DNA from: Gammaproteobacteria bacterium
GTDB taxonomy: Bacteria > Pseudomonadota > Gammaproteobacteria > Eutrophobiales > Eutrophobiaceae
Assembly: GCA_965116495.1 (NCBI GenBank)
Contig: OZ220696.1
Span: 2,304,001 to 2,368,000 of the forward strand
Length of the DNA stretch: 64,000 nt
Reading direction: 5' to 3'
Position numbers and translations under genes: made by a program. The notes under the pieces were generated by a model that saw nothing but the letters and a program-made list of their open reading frames with translations, did not search any database and had not been told where the DNA came from. Shown piece by piece: positions 9,773 to 16,595 of this stretch; positions within the stretch are counted from its first letter, which is position 1, and every line of letters starts with the position of its first letter.

Positions 9773-9968
9773 ATACCATTTCAAATTGGGCAATAAAATT
9801 GTTCACACCGGTACTACCAACGATATTGTCCGGCGTGAATATGAGCATCAGAGGAAGCCTGGTTGGGAAAAGGGGCATATTTTTCAGATTGGCTACCGCA
9901 CAACCCGTGATGCAGCTTTAGCATGGGAAGATGAACAGCGCCGGAAAGGCAAGCCTACAGGACCTTAG
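9747..9968 (+). CDS. Small minimal GIY-YIG-like nuclease-fold protein
   Basis: GGAG RBS then ATG at 9747; TYKYHF...IVHTGTTNDIVRREYEH...AALAWE resembles the GIY-YIG Y..Y-G.T.DL.RR..H...E pattern. Confidence 0.55.
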   Translation: MPTSRTTYKYHFKLGNKIVHTGTTNDIVRREYEHQRKPGWEKGHIFQIGYRTTRDAALAWEDEQRRKGKPTGP

Positions 9969-9979
9969 CCTGGCCTCAA

Positions 9980-10021
9980 ATTGCCGCAGACCGGCGCATA
10001 ACCGGCTTTACCTGTATTGGC
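9980..10021 (-). repeat. Diverged copy of 8677-8718 (internal AEP-helicase sequence)
   Basis: attgccgcagAccggcgcataaccggcTttAcctgtATtggc versus attgccgcagGccggcgcataaccggcCttGcctgtCCtggc: 37/42 identical, same orientation. Confidence 0.85.
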
Positions 10022-10222
10022 TAAACGCGCGTCTTACTGCTTGAACCGGGAAAAACAGGCATCAATTTCCGGTTTCAGTTCTATACCTGCTTTTCGAAGC
10101 AATCCAATAGAGCCGAATAAACACCGTCGTCATAATCCATTGATGCCGTCCTTCAATCAATCCCCTTCCGATTTTATGGATGTCCCGGATTTATTCCCGG
10201 GTTGAAATCCTTCCGCTTTTGC

Positions 10223-10252
10223 ATGTACGATATACGTACATTATCCTGTACA
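10223..10252 (+). promoter_or_regulatory. YefM-YoeB operator
   Basis: Palindrome atgtacg-N5-cgtacat plus TGTACA at 10247-10252, 12 bp after CGTACA; matches the TGTACA core and spacing known for yefM operators. Confidence 0.7.
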
Positions 10253-10271
10253 ACATAAACTGGAGGTTGTT

Positions 10272-10523
10272 ATGGACGCAATCAGTTACACTGCTGCTCG
10301 GGCAAACCTGGCAAAGACGATGGAAAAAGTATGTGATGACCATACGCCCGTCATCATTACGCGCAAGCGGGAAGCGGCTGTGGTAATGCTATCCCTGGAC
10401 GATTACCAGGCCCTGGAAGAAACCGCTTACCTGCAGCGCTCCCCAGCCAATGCCAGGCGTCTGTTGGACTCCATTGCCGAACTTGAAGCCGGAAAAGGCA
10501 CGGAACGGGAACTTATTGAATGA
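10272..10523 (+). CDS. yefM: YefM antitoxin
   Basis: MDAISYTAARANLAKTMEKVCDDHTPVIITR...EETAYLQRSPANARRL. Confidence 0.95.
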   Translation: MDAISYTAARANLAKTMEKVCDDHTPVIITRKREAAVVMLSLDDYQALEETAYLQRSPANARRLLDSIAELEAGKGTERELIE

Positions 10524-10777
10524 AAACCACGTTTTCTTCCACGGCGTGGGAGAATTATCTTTACTGGCAGAAGACAGACAAAGCAACCCTGAAACGAATC
10601 AATACATTAATCAAGGCAATTCAGCGCGATCCCTTCTCAGGAATTGGAAAACCGGAATCACTGAGACATAACCTGACAGGCTATTGGTCCAGACGGATCA
10701 ATGACGAGCATAGAATCGTTTACAAGGTTGCCGATAATCACTTGTATATCGCTCAACTCAAGTACCATTACGAGTAG
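10520..10777 (+). CDS. yoeB: YoeB/Txe mRNA interferase toxin
   Basis: AWENYLYWQ, GIGKPESL, WSRRINDEHRIVY, C-terminal YHY; ATGA overlap with yefM. Confidence 0.95.
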   Translation: MKTTFSSTAWENYLYWQKTDKATLKRINTLIKAIQRDPFSGIGKPESLRHNLTGYWSRRINDEHRIVYKVADNHLYIAQLKYHYE

Positions 10778-11928
10778 TGGGAATAAATCCAGGACACCTG
10801 CCCACACCCATAAATCCCTCCGAGGAACTCCTTGGCCGGTTCTATTCGCTCGCCACCGGGGTAGGATTTGCCTTGCGCGAGTTCACCGACTACCTGGATG
10901 CGCGACAGCGGTTCCGTTACCAGGAATTTTTTGAAGTTGCGGCTGAGGCTTGCGTCTTTCCACTTGACTTCAATGAGCTGGTGAGGCTGTTTTTCCCGGG
11001 TGATGAGAAAATCGATCTCAAGGCCGTCCTTAGTCCTGAGGAACTGTAAACCAAGGTCGGCGCCGTCCACGTCCTGCGCCCGTTGCACTTCTTTCAGCAG
11101 GGCACAGGCCACCAGGTTTTCCAGCCTGGTTCCCTCGTCTCCCTGCACCATGCCGTTGTCATAAAAATAGTATTTCGGTTCTTTCAACAGTGCCCGCGCG
11201 ATGTTTTTATGGTAAGGGACCAGCTTGAAGATCACGTACAGGTCTTCCAGCAGCTTCAGCCAATGGCGGATGGTATTGGGACTTTTTTGCAGGTCGCGGG
11301 CAAGCGAGTTGGCGGAAACGGGACTGCCGACCCGGGTCCGCAGTAATTCAATGAGGGTCTCTATGGATTGAATATCCCTGACTGCCGTCAGTGTCAGGAG
11401 TTCTTCTTTCAGAATGAGGTCCACGTGTGAACGTTTCCAACGATTGTAGTAAGCTCGAGTGCCCTTGAGGAAAGGTTCCGGAAAGCCGCCTACCGTCATC
11501 AGGCGGGTAAAAATCTCATCCCTGCCCAAATCGGTTTGCGCCAATGCCTCCTTAAGGTCCACCGGGTGCAGGTGAAACTGAAAATGTCTGCCGGCCAGCG
11601 AATCGCCCGTCTTGCGGAAAGCCTCAAGCCTGGCGCTGCCGGTGACCAGCAGCGCCGGAGGCATGCCCTCAACGTCGTAGATACCCTTCAACCAGGCCTT
11701 CCATTGATCCATCTTGTGCAGCTCATCAAAAATCACCAGCGCCTTTTGCCGGTCCCAGCTTTTTTCCATAAGCAGCAGACGGTGTTCTGCCAGGTCATAA
11801 TTGATGTATTGGTAATCCGGGCACAACATCCTGGACAAGGTGGTTTTGCCGCACTGGCGCGGCCCGGTGAGCAGCAGGATTTTCCTGCCCAGTTCTTCTG
11901 ACAGTGCGGGGGTAAGATATCTTTCCAC
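10768..11928 (-). CDS. AAA+ ATPase (AAA_14) with DUF4143
   Basis: GPRQCGKT, FDELH, TGSA, LAGR, GGFPE, KYYFYDNG, EIDF...IEVK. Confidence 0.88.
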   Translation of the reverse strand: MERYLTPALSEELGRKILLLTGPRQCGKTTLSRMLCPDYQYINYDLAEHRLLLMEKSWDRQKALVIFDELHKMDQWKAWLKGIYDVEGMPPALLVTGSARLEAFRKTGDSLAGRHFQFHLHPVDLKEALAQTDLGRDEIFTRLMTVGGFPEPFLKGTRAYYNRWKRSHVDLILKEELLTLTAVRDIQSIETLIELLRTRVGSPVSANSLARDLQKSPNTIRHWLKLLEDLYVIFKLVPYHKNIARALLKEPKYYFYDNGMVQGDEGTRLENLVACALLKEVQRAQDVDGADLGLQFLRTKDGLEIDFLITREKQPHQLIEVKWKDASLSRNFKKFLVTEPLSRIQVVGELAQGKSYPGGERIEPAKEFLGGIYGCGQVSWIYSHYS

Positions 11929-11970
11929 GGCAAATGACGCGTTCTGAATACGCTGTCATATTTTCACACA

Positions 11971-12000
11971 ACTGACAAAAAGTCAAGACTTTTTGTCAGT
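11971..12000. promoter_or_regulatory. Perfect 14-bp inverted repeat upstream of the AAA-DUF4143 gene (operator or terminator)
   Basis: actgacaaaaagtc-aa-gactttttgtcagt. Confidence 0.55.
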
Positions 12001-12038
12001 AATATGCAAAAAAGTCGGGATATTGACGAATTCACTTT

Positions 12039-12062
12039 GGGGACGGACTTGAGTCCGTCCCC
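12039..12062. repeat. GC-rich hairpin (REP-like or metK terminator)
   Basis: ggggacggact-tg-agtccgtcccc, 25 nt downstream of the metK stop. Confidence 0.6.
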
Positions 12063-12086
12063 GGACCGGCCACAGGCATTCCGATC

Positions 12087-13247
12087 TCATCGCCCGGCAG
12101 CGTCCCGCAACTGCTCCACCTTGTCCGTTTTCTCCCAGGTGAAGTCCGCTTCCTCGCGGCCGAAATGGCCGTAGGCCGCGGTCTGCCTGTAGATGGGCCG
12201 CAACAGGTCCAGGTCCCGGATGATGGCCTTGGGGCGTAAATCAAACGTGTCCTGCACCAGGGCTTCGAGCCGGGTTTCCGGGATGACGCCGGTGCCAAAG
12301 GTGTTGACCATCAGGCTGACCGGCCTGGCGACGCCGATGGCGTAGGCGATCTGGATCTCGCACCTGTCGGCCAGGCCGGCGGCGACGATGTGCTTGGCGA
12401 CGTAACGCGCTGCGTACGCGGCGGAACGGTCCACCTTGGACGGGTCCTTGCCGGAAAATGCGCCGCCGCCGTGGTGGGCGATGCCGCCGTAGGTATCCAC
12501 GATGATCTTCCTGCCGGTGAGACCGGTATCGCCTACCGGACCGCCGATGACAAAGCGTCCGGTGGGATTGACCAGGTAGCGTGTTTTGGCGGAGAGCATA
12601 TCCGCGGGCAGGACCGGTTTGATGATTTCCTCGATAACCCCTTCGGTCACATTGTCATGGCTGACACCGGCATCGTGCTGGGTGGACAGGACGACCGTAT
12701 CGACTGCGACGGGCTTGCCGTCCTCGTATAACACGCTGACCTGGGATTTCGCATCGGGCCGCAACCAGGGCAGCCTGCCGGCTTTTCTCACCTCGGCCTG
12801 TTTCTTCACCAGCCGGTGCGAGTAGGTAATGGGGAACGGCATCAGCACGTCGGTCTCGTTGCAGGCATAGCCGAACATGAGGCCCTGGTCACCGGCGCCC
12901 TGATCCAGGTCAAGCCCCTCTCCCTCGTTCACGCCCCGGGCGATATCCGGCGACTGCTTGTCAATCGACAGCAGTACCGAACAGCCATCGGCGTCAAACC
13001 CCATCTCCGATGAGTCATAACCTATTTCCCTGACGGTCTGTCTGGCTATCTCCGGATAGTCGATGTTCGCCTGCGAGGTAATCTCGCCGGACAGCAACAC
13101 CATGCCTGTCGTGACCAGAGTCTCGCAGGCTACCCGCGCATGGATATCCTGTTCCAGCAATGCATCCAGAATCGAATCGGACACCTGGTCGGCGACCTTG
13201 TCCGGGTGACCTTCGGAGACGGATTCCGAGGTAAACAGGTAATTCAT
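12087..13247 (-). CDS. metK: S-adenosylmethionine synthetase
   Basis: [44 protein letters not shown]. Confidence 0.98.
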   Translation of the reverse strand: MNYLFTSESVSEGHPDKVADQVSDSILDALLEQDIHARVACETLVTTGMVLLSGEITSQANIDYPEIARQTVREIGYDSSEMGFDADGCSVLLSIDKQSPDIARGVNEGEGLDLDQGAGDQGLMFGYACNETDVLMPFPITYSHRLVKKQAEVRKAGRLPWLRPDAKSQVSVLYEDGKPVAVDTVVLSTQHDAGVSHDNVTEGVIEEIIKPVLPADMLSAKTRYLVNPTGRFVIGGPVGDTGLTGRKIIVDTYGGIAHHGGGAFSGKDPSKVDRSAAYAARYVAKHIVAAGLADRCEIQIAYAIGVARPVSLMVNTFGTGVIPETRLEALVQDTFDLRPKAIIRDLDLLRPIYRQTAAYGHFGREEADFTWEKTDKVEQLRDAAGR

Positions 13248-13474
13248 ACGCGGGGCTCCATAAAGATTGAATGGGCATTCTAACCAGTTCCCGGGGAGTT
13301 TTACAGAGTAACCATGTGCTTTTTTTAAGTGAGATCCAGGATAACCGCATACTATTAAAGGAAGCGTGAGGACTCTCTGAACAGTATCCAGGCCCGTCTG
13401 CTGAACCCGGAGGGGGCTGTTCCTAACACAGGGCTAACACAGGGCTGGGGGAACACTGGGGGACACTGGGGGAG

Positions 13475-13503
13475 TTGACTTTAATACCTTAATCTGGGAT
13501 AAT
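13475..13503 (+). promoter_or_regulatory. Sigma70 promoter of the RiPP precursor
   Basis: TTGACT-17 nt-GATAAT with extended -10 TGn; GAGGAGG RBS before ATG 13576. Confidence 0.6.
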
Positions 13504-13575
13504 ACTGGCCGTTAAACACTTAGTTAAAGTAGTTTAATCCGCTTATAAAATTTTCAACTCGTGAGGAGGATAGAT

Positions 13576-13827
13576 ATGAAAAGTGGCGACGACATGCTAA
13601 GACAACTCGTTGATAAATCCGCTGCTGACGCGGCGTTCAGGCAACAACTTCTCTCTGATCCCAAGACTGCCATAACCGCTGAGTTGGGCATTACCATGCC
13701 CGAATCGATGAATGTTGTGGTACATGAAAGCGACATGCAAACTGTTCACGTTGCTTTGCCGCCGGATCCGAATATCACCGAGGAACAACTCGAAGCCGTT
13801 TCGGCCGGCCTTTGCTGCTGCTGGTAA
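13576..13827 (+). CDS. srpE: NHLP-leader (proteusin) RiPP precursor, core LCCCW; SrpE-like
   Basis: Nitrile-hydratase-like leader (DAAFRQQLLSDPK...VVVHE...HVALPP), double-glycine-type site ITEEQLEAVSAG, core LCCCW. The core matches my recall of the sponge-microbiome srp precursor. Confidence 0.92.
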   Translation: MKSGDDMLRQLVDKSAADAAFRQQLLSDPKTAITAELGITMPESMNVVVHESDMQTVHVALPPDPNITEEQLEAVSAGLCCCW

Positions 13828-13897
13828 GTCCACCCCGATAAACAGTCGGTCTGGATTCGGAATATCCGAATCCGAATAGCTTACCGGGACTTCACAT

Positions 13898-13931
13898 GCC
13901 CTCGTCCCTTTCAGGGGCGGGGGTTTTGTTT
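13898..13931 (+). terminator. Rho-independent terminator after the precursor
   Basis: gccctcgtccct-ttc-aggggcggggg followed by ttttgttt. Confidence 0.65.
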
Positions 13932-14162
13932 GCCTGCCATAGAACCGATATAGGATCGCCCTGAGTCGGTCGTACCCACAGCGTCCCATGAATTTCCGCT
14001 GAAGGCAGTTCGAAGAGCGATAATTCCTTTCGGGAGACGTTCCCGAAACACATTAGAGGTATTACGGTCAGCGGATAGCTACCGTTGGCGCCGTGACGGT
14101 TGGAATGTTAAGCATTATTACGCCTTGCATCGGCAGAACGGGATCCCCGCAGGTAACGGAAT

Positions 14163-15281
14163 TTACTGGTAAACCGCCCCGGAAAGCACCATAAATACAT
14201 AGGCCTTGGCTTTTCGAAGCTGATTGTCTGATATGACCAGCTTCACATGGTGAATGCCCCGCAGCATAATATAACGCCCGGACTTCGCAAAAAGCGGTGT
14301 CGGTTTTGAGACCCAGCCGGCTAGCGCCTTGATCTTGTCGGAAAACACAATATCCTCATGGTCCAGGGCTTCCAGGAAGGGTGCCCAATCGGTCAAACCG
14401 TCAAGCCAATAGCGCGAATCCTTGGTATATCTCTGCTTTACAATGAGTGTGAGACCAAGCGTCGGACCAATTCCATCCTCCTGCACGTCAATATTCAATC
14501 CAATCCTGACAATGTTCACGCGGTCTGTGAAGCGTGAAATCACTGAATCGACGGCTGTGATCTGACCGGGCCAACCCGTATCTTCCAGGTATCGGGCTAC
14601 CTCCTGCTTCGATTTGAAGCCCATGACAGCGAGGCGAATTGCCCGAGAGCGGGACGGAAATACTCCAAACGAGTCCATGCGCGTATCTTCCGGCTGCGCA
14701 AGGTAAGCTTGTTGGAGGTACTTCCGTTCTGCGTCGTTAATCTCCCAGCCTACGCAGGAAGCGAGTGCGTCACTCACCATAACGACGTCATCTTCCTGAC
14801 CGTTGGCGCCGGTAATCGGGCGTTCGCCGGGCCGCAAGAACATTCCGGGGAAAGAACCTTGTCCCTCCCGCGCAGATCCTATGTCATATTCCAGCATAAG
14901 TTTCTGACCGACAATTTCACGCAGGGGTGAGTTTTCGGTTTCCATTTGCTCGCAGGCCCGCACAATTGCGCCGGCGGTCTCATCTGTGTTATCGGTCCGT
15001 GCGCACTCCCGGAAAAACTCTGCCGACCTGGTTCCACCGGCCAGGGAAGCGCCGAAATCCGCCTCCGGTTTGGGCGAATGCAACGGCAGTTCGAAGCCGA
15101 ATGGCAAAGCGGCCATTGTAATCGGAAGTTTTCCGGCGCAGTCGAGTATGCATTCCCATTCAGATGCCCCGATAAGAACCGGCGAAATCCTGTCCCGAAA
15201 GTGCCCAAGCAAATCACCCATGGTGCCGCCTTCCTCGGCGAGACGTTCCTGGGTAAGAATCACAGCTTCGTCAATATTCAT
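14163..15281 (-). CDS. Putative RiPP prenyltransferase (ABBA-barrel-like); function inferred
   Basis: 372 aa with GFELPL..ADF, MLEYD, F.SR..IRL, YL...GW, LNIDV..GP.LG, HHVKLV..KAKAY. Alternating alpha/beta pattern; ATGA overlap with the terpene-cyclase-like gene. Confidence 0.5.
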   Translation of the reverse strand: MNIDEAVILTQERLAEEGGTMGDLLGHFRDRISPVLIGASEWECILDCAGKLPITMAALPFGFELPLHSPKPEADFGASLAGGTRSAEFFRECARTDNTDETAGAIVRACEQMETENSPLREIVGQKLMLEYDIGSAREGQGSFPGMFLRPGERPITGANGQEDDVVMVSDALASCVGWEINDAERKYLQQAYLAQPEDTRMDSFGVFPSRSRAIRLAVMGFKSKQEVARYLEDTGWPGQITAVDSVISRFTDRVNIVRIGLNIDVQEDGIGPTLGLTLIVKQRYTKDSRYWLDGLTDWAPFLEALDHEDIVFSDKIKALAGWVSKPTPLFAKSGRYIMLRGIHHVKLVISDNQLRKAKAYVFMVLSGAVYQ

Positions 15282-16588
15282 ATGGTCTTCTCCAGCAGGA
15301 ATTCAACCAGACGCTCCAGGGCTTCGATGCAAAATGCGGAAGTCACCGATTCGGAACCATGCCCAATCTGCCCTACCAGACCCCACTTCAACTCCTGATC
15401 GCCAAACGCGAGAAACTCCGGCCAACTGCCGTCCTCACGTTGCGAGTTCAGGAACCTTTTCACCTGGTGTTCTGCGTCGATGCTTTGCAGGCTTCCAATA
15501 TTGTAGAGAGCAGACACTGCCTGGGCAGTCTGGAGGATATTGCCGAATTCCCCCTTCCCGTCGCGCAGGCCGAGGATACCATCCGCAAGCGCCGGGCGTA
15601 ACCGGTCAAGAGCGGACGGCACGCGCAGCAGGGCGCGGGTGATTGCATAGTAGATTGAGATCGAATCAGGATACCACTTGGACGTTCCATCCAGGCTGTC
15701 TTCAATGATCAAACCTTCCAGCCATTGCCGGGCTTCCCTGGTTTCCGGACGCTCACCGAGATAGGCAATGACATTCGCATTAACCACAGGATCGGCTTCG
15801 ATACGAAAAGTAGATACTACATCAGGTTCATCATCCGCGAGTATCCAGGTCTGGAAAAGACCTTTTTCGTCGCGATTTGCCAGAATTCCCGGGACATTCC
15901 TTTCCAGCAATATCCAGGGGTGATTCCCGATGACAAGTGAGCAGACTGTGGAACTATCGAGGTCCTGCGGCAGATGTCGGTAGTAGCGCCATAATCCGGG
16001 ATATTCCATGGTATCGACAAGATACGCCCTGGTGGTGGCACAAATGGCTTTAGCCTTCGGTTCATCACAGCCTTCCAGGGCAAGTACACAGAATGCCGAA
16101 ATAAACGGGGGTCTTTCGAAATGCCTTGGGATGTTCGGGTCGGCTATATTGAAACGGATGCAGTGCCAGGCCCCGTTTTCATCGATCCCGGATTCCAGGA
16201 AATCGAGACCGCGACGGATGCTTTCCCTGCATGCATCGGCAAGCGTCCCGGGCGTGGCGTTGGATAACAAGGCGCCTGCGCCACCCGGTTCGGGAGGGCG
16301 GACAGGCGGCGCCGGATCATAAAGTGTCTTGCGCAGGAACTCGAGTGATTGTGAGCCGGTTCTCGCCTCCTGCCGTTCAGCCGCGCTGAATTTGCTGCGC
16401 GGCGGAAGCGCCAGATGCGCAACGGAAACGGTATCTTCGTGCACGCGAATCTCATGATCTTCGTCCAAGGTCACACCAAGTTCCTCTTCGATGGTTTCTT
16501 TGGGTTTCTCAAGCAAACGATTGCGAAGATCATCGTCTTCGACGGCTCTTGATATGAGGTAATTAATTGTGTGAACAGGATACTTCAC
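15278..16588 (-). CDS. NHLP-leader domain fused to class II terpene cyclase-like (prenyltransferase/squalene oxidase repeat) domain
   Basis: Residues ~1-78 mimic the precursor leader (EDDDLRNRLLEKPKETIEEELG..IRVHED..AHLALPP). Then GLDFL..IDENGAW, GLWRYY..LPQDLDSST (DxDD position), DPVVNANV, SQREDGSW (QW motif), GSESVTSAFC. Confidence 0.75.
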   Translation of the reverse strand: MKYPVHTINYLISRAVEDDDLRNRLLEKPKETIEEELGVTLDEDHEIRVHEDTVSVAHLALPPRSKFSAAERQEARTGSQSLEFLRKTLYDPAPPVRPPEPGGAGALLSNATPGTLADACRESIRRGLDFLESGIDENGAWHCIRFNIADPNIPRHFERPPFISAFCVLALEGCDEPKAKAICATTRAYLVDTMEYPGLWRYYRHLPQDLDSSTVCSLVIGNHPWILLERNVPGILANRDEKGLFQTWILADDEPDVVSTFRIEADPVVNANVIAYLGERPETREARQWLEGLIIEDSLDGTSKWYPDSISIYYAITRALLRVPSALDRLRPALADGILGLRDGKGEFGNILQTAQAVSALYNIGSLQSIDAEHQVKRFLNSQREDGSWPEFLAFGDQELKWGLVGQIGHGSESVTSAFCIEALERLVEFLLEKTI

Positions 16589-16595
16589 TTCCGCT

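Noticed and set aside
12087-13247. metK as a dedicated BGC gene supplying SAM
   Set aside because: It looks like an ordinary housekeeping metK; more likely the flank of the island.
13248-13420. SAM riboswitch upstream of metK
   Set aside because: I could not see SAM-I, SAM-II or SAM-V consensus elements; an Rfam scan would settle it.
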